Of a stretch of 36,763 bases of DNA, positions 1 through 17,000 are shown one piece after another (within the stretch, counting starts at the first letter, position 1; each line of letters begins with the position of its first letter). Below the pieces are notes generated by a model. The model was not told the origin of the DNA and did not search any database. It saw nothing but the letters and a program-made list of their open reading frames with translations. Source of the stretch: Mesotaenium endlicherianum (Eukaryota); the NCBI GenBank assembly GCA_009602735.1, contig WELA01002985.1:401927-438689 (forward strand), written 5' to 3'. The translations under genes and the position numbers were made by a program.

Positions 1-72
<72 letters not shown>
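1..72. repeat. (GA)n microsatellite
   Basis: Perfect dinucleotide run at the window start. Confidence 0.98.
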
Positions 73-77
<5 letters not shown>

Positions 78-556
78 TGGGGCTGCATCCCTCCCGCTGC
101 CAAGGCCTGCCTCCTGCTGGGGACAGAGGCATATTCCTCTCGGCGCTCGCACTGCATGGCCACAGGCGCGGGGCACCTCATTGGCAAAGGCTGCAAAGAA
201 TTTGAGGTGGGAGACTGGGTTCTGCACCAGCTCAGCGCCCTGGGGCCTCCCAGCCCCGTAAAGCGAACTGTCTCTGTGAGCACAACACGCCGCTCTATTG
301 GCGGGGGTGACAAATTCGACAGAACGAGGGGGAGCGAGTGAGGGACAAAAGAAAAGAATCTCGCGGGCTGGCTGGAGTCTGCCTCTCAATAGGCTGACTA
401 ACCTGCCACGCCTCCACAGGGAAAGGAATGATGAGAAAAGAGAAACTCTGGACCAATGGAGACTTCCCCTCGGGCTGCCCGGGCGGGGAGGGGGCCGGGG
501 GGGGGGAGAGGGTAAAGCCTAAACCCGAAGAGGTGCGCTTGGAGGCTGACTGGTCA

Positions 557-5661
<5,105 letters not shown>

Positions 5662-6337
5662 GGCTCAGTAACAAGCTCACTTGGCTTCCCAGAAGGCCCA
5701 TAACATGCTCTGCCTGCACGGCTTGCGTGGCACGGATTGAAGTTCAGGACATAGTAAGAAAAGCTGTGCACAGAATATCGTTGCCATGACTCCGTCCAAG
5801 TTCGAGGCTATAGCGAAAGCTCAGTCGTAAGTAGTCGCTTTGTCTTTAGTCTCGATTGCTCAGCGAGGTTCGTGTTGGTCTCGGAAACACATCCTCGGGC
5901 TCGTTACTCATGACAGGAAACGACGGGAACATTTATGGCGCTTGATACGTCATTGTTCCTCAATACGTCATCTCCTGGATAATTGGCTTTCTTATCCACT
6001 AACCAACTGAAAGGTACTGCTTCCATTTACCACACTTCGGCTGCTATCAGCCATTGAGTTGTTAGTCTAGCTGACAGTACAACCTCAAGTAGAAGCTTGT
6101 GTTTGTTTTGTTCCAAGTACTTGAGAGCTTTCCCTCAGGACGCACATGCTTTACAATTTCAATACTTTCTACACACTTGCATAGTTTCGCATGAGTTTCT
6201 CTGAGCAGCGTTCTCATCTGCATTGGAGTGTACTGCAGAGCGGCAACAACTCTCCGCTGACTATCAGACCTCGAGCATCAGCTCCAGAGGCTGATCTGCT
6301 CTGCAGCTCGTTCAGGAACTGAGGTCTGCTTAGAGCT
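5662..6337. promoter_or_regulatory. Short divergent (bidirectional) promoter/5'UTR region between the METTL4-like and PPR genes
   Basis: The two start codons are 676 bp apart and point away from each other. ATACGTCAT occurs twice, at 5945-5953 and 5963-5971 (TGACGT core on the minus strand). Confidence 0.5.
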
Positions 6338-9300
6338 ATGCATATAGCTCACACGCTGCAGGCTTTCTCATCAGCTCCGAGCTTGCCACTACTCCTGGGC
6401 TCTGTCAGCTGTGGCTTGCAGTCTGCACCCTTTAAGGCCCACCCCAGCTCCAGAAGGGCTCCCCCCAGTCTCTCTTCTGCAGCCCTAACCCTACGCTCCT
6501 TCCAGGGAGCAGCTCAGAAAGGACCTCCTTTCCCCACAGTGACATGCACTCTCCCAAGGCTGCAGGCTCCCCAAAATGCTACAGGAAGAACTGCAGCTTC
6601 AGCAGCTGCCAGCACTCACCTGGAACAGGTAGAAATTGCTTCCGGCCGAGACATTGAAGGTGGGGAGCCCCCAGAGGCTGAGCCACAGACTCTAGCTTCC
6701 ACTACTGATCCCTGGCACGCAACAGCGTCGTCGCTGTCGCCGTCCCTGCCCCCATTGCCCCCGTCGTTGTCATCACCACCAGGCACCACCCCAGCAGCAG
6801 CAGGAGCAGGCCTTGACGGGGACGGGCGGCATGCCTCGTCGTTGCAGAGTTTGCTTGCAACAGCAGCAGGAGCAGGAGCAGGAATAGCGACGTCAGCAAC
6901 TAGAGCAGAAGGAGAAGCTGCTCAAGAGGTGCATGCACCTGGGGTCAGCTTGAAACAGCCCCGGCCGCATGCATCTGCATCTGGCTCCTCTGGAGGCGAG
7001 GAGGAGGCAGAGAGCAGCAGCAGCGAGGAGGAGAGGGAGGAGGAGGAGGGGGAAAGGACGAACAGCTCCCCTACTCCTAAGGTATGGATGCGGGCGGGGA
7101 CAGCTGTCCGGCCTGGGAAGGGGGGGGAGCTCCCGAAGGTGCCAGGTGGTGGGGCCCAGAAACGGCAAGGTAAGCCCCGGGCGGTGTCTCCCCCACGGGG
7201 TGGCAGGGCATCTGTCTCTGGAGATGGAGAGGAGGCAGAGGGGGCTGGCGAGGAGAAGGGGGTCAGCAAGGGCAAGGGCAAGGGTGGCAAGCGCCCTGCT
7301 TCATCGAGTGTGTGGATGCGGGAGGGGACGACAGCAAGGCCAGTCGGACAGGTGGCAGAAGGCCGGGAGGCCGCGGCCGGAGGTGCCTATGAGGGCGACC
7401 CGGCAAAAAGGTACGCTGCTGCTGAGCTGTCCTGCGTGGCAGACTGTGCCACCTGGGCCGGCTGCTCCGCCGTACCCTCCTCCGCTTGCTGGCCGGAGTG
7501 TTGGGAAAGGGGCGTCGCGGTGCTTTCGGCTGCGCTGCCAGCTGGAGCTTGGGGCTTTGGCAAAGTGGGCTGAGGCAGGGCTTTCTGCAGGTTCTTGCAC
7601 GCTCAGGGGACCAAAGTGGAGGGGGGGGGGGTTGTGAAAGAGGGCTGCTTGTGCAGGGCAACACCTGTCAGGGTGCCCGAGCTTGAGCCTGGGGCCACAT
7701 CCAACCGTGTCCAACGTGAGAGACGCCAGAAAGAGGCGAGGGGCAGAGAGGGAGGAGGGGCCGGNNNNNNNNNNNNNNNNNNNNNNNNNNNNNNNNNNNN
7801 NNNNNNNNNNNNNNNNNNNNNNNNNNNNNNNNNNNNNNNNNNNNNNNNNNNNNNNNNNNNNNNNNNNNNNNNNNNNNNNNNNNNNNNNNNNNNNNNNNNN
7901 NNNNNNNNNNNNNNNNNNNNNNNNNNNNNNNNNNNNNNNNNNNNNNNNNNNNNNNNNNNNNNNNNNNNNNNNNNNNNNNNNNNNNNNNNNNNNNNNNNNN
8001 NNNNNNNNNNNNNNNNNNNNNNNNNNNNNNNNNNNNNNNNNNNNNNNNNNNNNNNNNNNNNNNNNNNNNNNNNNNNNNNNNNNNNNNNNNNNNNNNNNNN
8101 NNNNNNNNNNNNNNNNNNNNNNNNNNNNNNNNNNNNNNNNNNNNNNNNNNNNNNNNNNNNNNNNNNNNNNNNNNNNNNNNNNNNNNNNNNNNNNNNNNNN
8201 NNNNNNNNNNNNNNNNNNNNNNNNNNNNNNNNNNNNNNNNNNNNNNNNNNNNNNNNNNNNNNNNNNNNNNNNNNNNNNNNNNNNNNNNNNNNNNNNNNNN
8301 NNNNNNNNNNNNNNNNNNNNNNNNNNNNNNNNNNNNNNNNNNNNNNNNNNNNNNNNNNNNNNNNNNNNNNNNNNNNNNNNNNNNNNNNNNNNNNNNNNNN
8401 NNNNNNNNNNNNNNNNNNNNNNNNNNNNNNNNNNNNNNNNNNNNNNNNNNNNNNNNNNNNNNNNNNNNNNNNNNNNNNNNNNNNNNNNNNNNNNNNNNNN
8501 NNNNNNNNNNNNNNNNNNNNNNNNNNNNNNNNNNNNNNNNNNNNNNNNNNNNNNNNNNNNNNNNNNNNNNNNNNNNNNNNNNNNNNNNNNNNNNNNNNNN
8601 NNNNNNNNNNNNNNNNNNNNNNNNNNNNNNNNNNNNNNNNNNNNNNNNNNNNNNNNNNNNNNNNNNNNNNNNNNNNNNNNNNNNNNNNNNNNNNNNNNNN
8701 NNNNNNNNNNNNNNNNNNNNGGGGGGGGGAGGGAGGGGGGCAGAGAAAGTGGTCACGGGAGTGATGTTGGAGAACAGGGCTCTGGTGTGCATGAGCCCCT
8801 GCCGACGGAGAGAGGCACTTTCGGGCGCGGAGAGCCTCCCTGCCAGCCAGCGCCAGTCGGCATGCGGCCGTGTAGCCAGCACTGGCCCCAACAGGCCACA
8901 CCAGGGGGCGGGGGACCAGGGGGGGAGGGGAGGGGAGGACAGCGGGGTCGAGCAGAGCTGCTGTGGGCTTCTGGAAGGTGTTGGACAGTGAGTGCTCCTC
9001 TGCGAGCCGCGCAAGGAGTTGCTTCCTGGCAAGCCGGGCCAGGAGGGCCAGGGCCAAAGCCCAAGGGGAGCTGCGAGAGCTCTTCGCAGCAGTGAGGCCC
9101 AGAGGGTGCGGGGCGAGGCCCCAGGCCTTAGGGCTTAGGGCTTAGGGCTTAGAAGGGCTCAGAGCGGGTGGGTGTGGGGCTTAGAAGGGCTTTGAGGGCT
9201 TAGGGCTGAGCCAGGTCAGCAATGCTGGGGCTGTGACCTCCTCCTCCTCTTGGGCGGGGTAGGGGAGCCGCTTGCTGTCGCTCGGCCGAATGACAGCTGG

Positions 9301-12300
9301 AATGAACTCTGGCTGGTGTGCTAGTAGCGTAGTGTGGTGCCCCTGCTCTTGCCACCTGGTGCGAGCTGGAGTCTGCTATCCATGCCGCCAGGTTGGCAAA
9401 GGAAGGCAGATGGGACCGCCCGCCTCTCTATTCTGGCGCCACCAGAGAGTGCCAGATGGCTGGTTCCCGAGTGCATCCCCCCCACTCCTCCCCCCCCGCC
9501 CCTCCGGGCTGCTGAGCCCGCTTTGTTCACTCCGCGGGGCCCCCCTGGCTCACTGCTCAACTCTTCAAGACACGCAAACTTCGCCCCCCCCCCTTTAACC
9601 CTAAACCCTCCACTCCCCTTCCTGTGTCGTGGCAGCCCAATGTGATATTTCACATCCATCCTCCTTGGCTTCCTCTTCCTCCTCCTGCAGCTGCTGCTGC
9701 TGCTGCAGCGGCGGCAGCGGCGGTGGCGGCATCGACGGTCCGATGATAAAAGCAGAACACTTTCTGATAGTGCGCCTGCCTTTTGCGTGTGCGCAAAGTC
9801 TCATGTGCATTTTGTCGCATGCCGTGTCATCTGCGGGTCATTTGCGGAACGGGACGCGCTCCCCGACGCATGCAGGTCGCTGGCGGTGTACTGGAGGCTC
9901 AGGGAGGAGTGCATAAAAACCAACAGCCTGGACGCCCTGCTGGCGCTCTTGGACGACGTGGCGGCAGCCGGCGTGGACAGCAAGCTCCTCCGCCTGGGCC
10001 CTGTGCTGGGGGCCTTCTCGCGCGGGGGACACGTGGCGGGCGCGGAGCGCGTCTTTGCAGAGCTCAAGGAACTCGCCCGCAGGGAAGGTGGGGACCACCT
10101 CTTCCTCCATTCTGTGACATGGGGTTGATTCAGCTGCAGGGTTTTTCCTCCCCTGGAAGATGAGCTTAGCCCTTTCCTCCTCTGGAAGATGGGGTAATCC
10201 TTTTCCTTCTCTGGAGGTGGCTAGAGCCCTGCTGCTGCCGCTGCTGCTGCTTGCTGCTGCTGCTGCTGCTGCATGCTGCTGCAGGTGGGCGGGCTGGTCG
10301 TCAGAGCTGCCTTGTGTGTCTGACCTGCCTGTCTCCCGAACGGCGCTGGCCGAAGTCCTGGCCCTGAATGTGGGCCTCTAGTGCACTTGCTGACCGCGAG
10401 CTGGGCCGTGATAGATGTCTCGTCCCCCTCCATTCTTGAAGCTCCCAGGGGGAAGGGTGTATGAGATGGAGCGCCAAATGGGCAGGCAGGCAAGTAGCCT
10501 TGCAGGTCTTTCCACATGGATTGGATGTGATGGTGCTTCAACTCTCCTGCTGCACGGGTTGAATACTGTCTTTTCTTGCATCATAAGACTATCTTCTGTA
10601 CCTGATAAGCAGGAGGCCATCTACTCGGGTGCTGACAGGTGCCCCGCTAGCAGACTAACCTTAGGCCCCAAACCCGATGTGAGACAAGATGTGCCCTCTG
10701 ATGCATCTAGCCCCTCCTGTGTGAAACAGAAACAAAGCTTCTGGGGTACTCGCAGACACCTACACACACGCACACGCAGACGCACACGCCCGTGCACACG
10801 TACATGCTGCCCCCCCCCTCCCCCCCNNNNNNNNNNNNNNNNNNNNNNNNNNNNNNNNNNNNNNNNNNNNNNNNNNNNNNNNCCCCCCTCTCTCTCTCTC
10901 TCTGTCTCCAAAAGGGCGCCCGTAGCATCCATGCGTTGGAAGCGCCACGACTTGCTGCTCTTCAAAGTTTGCTCGTCTTACGTTGGCATCCATCCGGACA
11001 ACCACTTGCGCCTGTTTGTGCTCAGCGGGCTTACCACTCTCTCCATCATCCACCAAATGTGCCATGCTGTGCCATGCTGCGCCATGCTTGTGAGCCCTTG
11101 GCACGAGCGAGCAGGCCAGCCGGCAAACATACCATCATCCACGCTTGTAAATGCACACTCATCTGTGCACTCTGCACTCGCCGCTCTCCTTCACACATCC
11201 ATTTATCTGCCGCTCCGCTGCACTCTGCTCCGTTCGGCTGTGCTGTTGCTGCGCTGTGCTGTCATGTCCTGTGCTGTGCTGAGCTCTGCTGTACTCTGCC
11301 CTGCTCTGCTGTCCTGTCCTCTGCTTGTGCTCCGCTGCGCTCCGCTCTGCTGCATGTCCTGTCCTGTCCTGTCCTGTCCTGTGCTGTGTGCTGTGCTGTG
11401 AACAAAACCGACGCGAGCGAGCTGGCAAGCAGGCAAGCCGCCGCACATCATCGTGTTCTCGTCCATGATCTCACTCTACGGCCGCGTGCGCGACGTGCGC
11501 AAGGCCAAGCTCGTCTTCGAGGAGATGGAGGCGTCGGGGATCACCATCGACCGCGCGGCATACAACGCGACTCTTGTCGCCATCGGCTCGTGCGGCGACA
11601 TCGAGGGGACCCTGGAGGTGTACGAGCAGATGCAGGTGCTCGCAGGCTCCTCCTCCTCCCCCTCCTCCTGCTCCTCCTCCCCCTCGTCCTACTCCTGTTT
11701 TATGATGACTCCTCTGCAATATCCCAATAAGCCGCCATACTAAAGTGATGTTTAATTTACTCCCTTGTTCAATCATAGTTATTGGGATGGCTATACACAC
11801 ACACACATATATGTATATAATATACACATATATATATGTGTGTGTGCGTATGCATATATTGTTTTTATGTTTTCTTTTTTTTTAACGTCTTGACATTTGC
11901 TATCTGACTTGCCTGAATATGCGCTGAACCGTATGTGAGTGGGGGCATTGCAGGGGGCAGGGCTGCAGCCAGATGTCAGCACCTACTTGGCGCTCATTGT
12001 CCTCTACGGGCGGGCCTCCAGGCTGCGCGACGTGACGCGGCTGCTCGCTCAAGTTAGGGCCTCCTCAGGGGGCAATGTGGACCAGGTGGGCTGCGTGGCA
12101 ATCCCTCCCCTCCCCCTCCCGCTCCCCCCCCTCCCACTTTCCCCTCCTTCACCCCCAACCCCCCTTCTTCCCTGCACCCCCAAGCATGTGTTGCCTCCTC
12201 TTGCCTCCGAAGCGAATGTCGCCAGAACACACCTATTAAATATATGTACCTTCATTTCTTTTGTACTCAACATTGAAGCCCGATGGCGGAAATGGCAAGT

Positions 12301-12824
12301 GGTGGCCGTGCATGTGCGCTCTCTTCCCACTTGTCTCGCTCCTGAGATCCTCGATTGTGCACATTCTTCCACTCAACCAGTCAGCTGCAGGCATGCGCGG
12401 GGGCGCGCGCGCACGCACGCAGTCCTGGACGCCTGGCCCAGCCCAGAAGGGTGCTTTTCTCAGCCAGTTAGTTGCCCCTGATCATGAAACTCTTGCCTCC
12501 ACATTTCTCTCGCGCACCATTGTTCTCCCTGCGCTTCAATCAACAGACGCTTCCCTTATTGTGCTTTTTTTGATTGGATTGCTGAGGTGCAGGCAGAAGA
12601 ATGTCAACGAAAAATATATGTATAAGAGAGTCACCTTTTTATGATGTGGTCCCAAATGGAGTGCACCCAGTGTCATGTAGGGCTATGTATACGTGCTTAG
12701 GTACTCATGCATAGAGTCTGTTGGAGACGAACTCAATACTTGCGCTGGCCTTGGGGGCCTGCTGCAGCTGTCGTGATCACAGCGTCTCTCACATACATAC
12801 TTTCTGTGCTGGCGCGCGTCCCTG

Positions 12825-12858
<34 letters not shown>

Positions 12859-14003
12859 TGACGCCGCTGCTGACGCTGCCGCTGCAGGTGCTGATTGACG
12901 CGGCGGTGACGGCGCTGCAGAAGAGCGTGATGAAGCCGCGCAGCGTAGGCGAGCTCCTGCGCGAGCTGCAGGAGCTGCGCTGGCAGCCCAGCGCGCACAC
13001 GCTGTCGCGCCTGCTCAGCCCCTTTGCCAAGAAGGACGTCAGCGTCCCCGCCGAGCTCCTCCCCTTCTTCCACGTGCGTGCCTGCCCGCGCGCGCGCGCG
13101 TATATGTGTTTGTGTGTGTGTGTGTGTATGTGTGTGTGTTTGCACGCGGGCATGGGTGCTCGCAAGCGCAAGCAAGTGCTCATGCACCCGTGTAGCTTCT
13201 TGCCTGCTGCTCCTCTCCGCCTCCTCCCAGACCCTCCCACCTGTGTCTCTCCAATCTCGCGGCCTTCCCTCTTTGTCCCCTCCTCCTCCATCCCCCTTCC
13301 TCTCCCCCTCCCCCCAACCCTCCTCCTTGATCCGCCATGCGCTGCACATAGCCATGGCCTCTTTGCCTCTACCTCTAAGAGTTTCTGGGCCACTAGGCTT
13401 NCAGAACACACCTATTAAATATATGTACCTTCATTTCTTTTGTACTCAACATTGAAGCCCGATGGCGGAAATGGCAAGTGGTGGCCGTGCATGTGCGCTC
13501 TCTTCCCACTTGTCTCGCTCCTGAGATCCTCGATTGTGCACATTCTTCCACTCAACCAGTCAGCTGCAGGCATGCGCGGGGGCGCGCGCGCACGCACGCA
13601 GTCCTGGACGCCTGGCCCAGCCCAGAAGGGTGCTTTTCTCAGCCAGTTAGTTGCCCCTGATCATGAAACTCTTGCCTCCACATTTCTCTCGCGCACCATT
13701 GTTCTCCCTGCGCTTCAATCAACAGACGCTTCCCTTATTGTGCTTTTTTTGATTGGATTGCTGAGGTGCAGGCAGAAGAATGTCAACGAAAAATATATGT
13801 ATAAGAGAGTCACCTTTTTATGATGTGGTCCCAAATGGAGTGCACCCAGTGTCATGTAGGGCTATGTATACGTGCTTAGGTACTCATGCATAGAGTCTGT
13901 TGGAGACGAACTCAATACTTGCGCTGGCCTTGGGGGCCTGCTGCAGCTGTCGTGATCACAGCGTCTCTCACATACATACTTTCTGTGCTGGCGCGCGTCC
14001 CTG

Positions 14004-14037
<34 letters not shown>

Positions 14038-17000
14038 TGACGCCGCTGCTGACGCTGCCGCTGCAGGTGCTGATTGACGCGGCGGTGACGGCGCTGCAGA
14101 AGAGCGTGATGAAGCCGCGCAGCGTAGGCGAGCTCCTGCGCGAGCTGCAGGAGCTGCGCTGGCAGCCCAGCGCGCACACGCTGTCGCGCCTGCTCAGCCC
14201 CTTTGCCAAGAAGGACGTCAGCGTCCCCGCCGAGCTCCTCCCCTTCTTCCACGTGCGTGCCTGCCCGCGCGCGCGCGCGTATATGTGTTTGTGTGTGTGT
14301 GTGTGTATGTGTGTGTGTTTGCACGCGGGCATGGGTGCTCGCAAGCGCAAGCAAGTGCTCATGCACCCGTGTAGCTTCTTGCCTGCTGCTCCTCTCCGCC
14401 TCCTCCCAGACCCTCCCACCTGTGTCTCTCCAATCTCGCGGCCTTCCCTCTTTGTCCCCTCCTCCTCCATCCCCCTTCCTCTCCCCCTCCCCCCAACCCT
14501 CCTCCTTGATCCGCCATGCGCTGCACATAGCCATGGCCTCTTTGCCTCTACCTCTAAGAGTTTCTGGGCCACTAGGCTTGCTTGCAGGACCTCACCAGGC
14601 TGAAGCTTTCTGCCTTGCAGCGCTACAAGCCTCAGTCGATACGTATTGTTGTCTGTGGAAGCTTAACCTGTGAGAGTGCCAATGGACTCTCGTCCACGCC
14701 GGGCGGCCGAGCGTACAGGCCGCCGCTGCTGCTGCTGCTGCTGCTCTGATGTGGAGCAGCTTTGCCCTGGGAGACTGCTCCCCTGATTGTTCTTTGCTGG
14801 ACGATTTAAGGGGGAGGTGGAAGGAGAGGGACAAGCGGAGGCAGGAGAGGAAGGGAGCAGCAAAAGTGAGGGCCCTCTCTTACATAAAGGGCTCAGTTTA
14901 GGGCTCCAAATGCGGCAGTCTCCTTTCCCATGTTTATTGAAAATCCTGGATCATGGATGTAGGATAAGGGAAGGGTTGCCCGTGTAGGGGGGGGAAAGGT
15001 GGGGGGGAAAGGGAGGGGGGAGAAAGATTTGAGGGGGTGAGGTTGCAGGCCATCTTTGCGCCAGACTGGAGTGACACTGTGATGGTGTTGCAAATTTCAT
15101 ATGAAAAGTGCCACTTGAGAGGGCGCATGTCCTCCCTGTGGAGGGCCTGATGAACAATGTCGCAGTGTGTGTGTATGTGAGTGTGTGTGTGTGCGCATGT
15201 ATACGGCTCTCCTCTCATGTAGAATTGCTTGGCTCTTAGGATGCTCCGGCAGCACCCCAATTGGACAGGTGGCAAGTGGCAAGTGTGCGGTAAGCCACCG
15301 AGATAAAGGCAAGGGAGCGCAAGCAGGCGGCAGGGCTGCTTTTAGAAAGAGCTCGTCTGTCTTCCGCCTGCATTGATTTGGGTTTGTCTTCTCGGGGGGA
15401 GGTGTGTAAAGAGGCAAAAACTCGCAAGTACTACTAGGATTCACAGCTGGCACTGGCCGCCGTGGCGCCTCTGCCACCTGTCTGTTGCCACCCTGGCAGG
15501 CCGCCGTGGAGCGGGGCGATGAGCTGGACGAGATCGCGTGGTTTGCCGTGCTGAGCCACTACAGCAAGGTGGGGGACCACAAGCGAGCCAGCGCCCTGCT
15601 GGAGGCCATGCTGGAGCGCGGCCCACCCCCGAAGGCGGAGACGCTGAGTATCGCCATTGACATCTACGGGCAGGCGGGCCGCATCGCCGACTCGGAGCGC
15701 GTCTTCCAGCAGCTGCTGCAGCAGCAAGCCAGCGCCGACGGCCGCCGCAGCCTTGACATCGTGAGGCCGCGCTCGCCCCCTTTCTCTCTCTCNTTGTGCT
15801 GGGAAAGTGCTGCAGACTCTTAGTGGATTTCTCTTTGTTGTCGTTTCCTTTCCCTTGTTCTTTTGTGCCCGGCCATGTGTTTGCAGACACCCATGAGGTG
15901 CACTGTTGTGCGGCTGAGAGTGATTCTGTCTCTTTCTGGGTTGAGTGGGGAGGAGGGGAGTGTTAAAGGGCTCCAGGTTAAAGAGCGTAGGGAGGGGGGG
16001 GAGTGCAGGAATGTGGGGCTCCCTGTGGAGCTGGGAAGTTCATGTGGCCCTACGCTTGCATCTGAAGTCACGCGCACGTGCGGGTGGTACTGACATATCA
16101 CAAGAGCGACAACTTAATGCCATGAGAGTGCAGGCTATCACCAATTTTCACCCTTCCACACTCACGCTCGGCCCGGATTGCGTGCGGCCGTGCAGCTGAC
16201 TGGCTGCCTGGTTGGCTGGCTGGGTGCGGGTGGGGATGATGGTGGGGAGGGTTTTGGTGTTGGTGTTGGTGTTGGGGGTCGGGGGGGGGGGGGAACAGGT
16301 GACGTACAACACCATGATGAATGTGTACGCTGTGGAAGGCCAGGTAGCGCAAGCGGAGGCCGTGATGGAGAAGATCCGGGCGGCGGGGCTGAAGGCAACC
16401 ACGTGCTCCTACACCACGCTCATCAAGGCCTACAGCATCGCGCGCCGCCCGGACGAGGCCGTGCGCGTCTACCAGGCCTTCAAGGACTCCGGCTGCGTCT
16501 TTGACGCCGTGCGTGCTCTCGCGCTCTCTCCTGCTCTCTCTCTCCGCTCTCTCTCACTCTCTGTGGCCCTCTCTCTCGCTCTCTCCCCCGCCCTCCTCTC
16601 TTGCCCACCCTCCCTCCCGCCCGCTCTCTGTTTCATCCTCTCCACCCTTTCCGGCTTGTTTTGGCTTGTCTGATCACCGTACTTTTTGTGCGTGCTCTCA
16701 ACGCACGCACTCACAAACACCGACTCACAGACGCGTTCACTGTCATTGATGCCCTGCCTTCAACCCGATCACATATGTCGCGTATCCCTGGCCGCATCTC
16801 CATCTCTACCCACGTCCCCCGTGCCTGCGCCCGCGTCACTCACAGCTACTGGTAGGAAATTTGTGCCGATGTCCATGCCTGCACATTTGCCACCCTCCCC
16901 CCCCCCNNNNNNNNNNNNNNNNNNNNNNNNNNNNNNNNNNNNNNNNNNNNNNNNNNNNNNNNNNNNNNNNNNNNNNNNNNNNNNNNNNNNNNNNNNNNNN

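Noticed and set aside
5790..5830. GTTCGAGGC B-box-like word suggesting a tRNA or SINE
   Set aside because: No cloverleaf, A-box or tail is detectable.
8930..9090. Minus-strand helix-like peptide ALLARLARKQLLARLAEEHSLSNTF as a nested gene
   Set aside because: No start, partner exons or recognisable family.
9560..9700. Telomerase-RNA-like template AACCCTAAACCCT
   Set aside because: It is intronic, with no visible USE/TATA Pol III promoter or poly-T terminator. Such words are common in this window.
14835..14865. SRP RNA helix-8-like string GCAGGAGAGGAAGGGAGCAGC
   Set aside because: The stem around GGAA cannot pair and no Alu domain is visible. It is purine-rich intron sequence.
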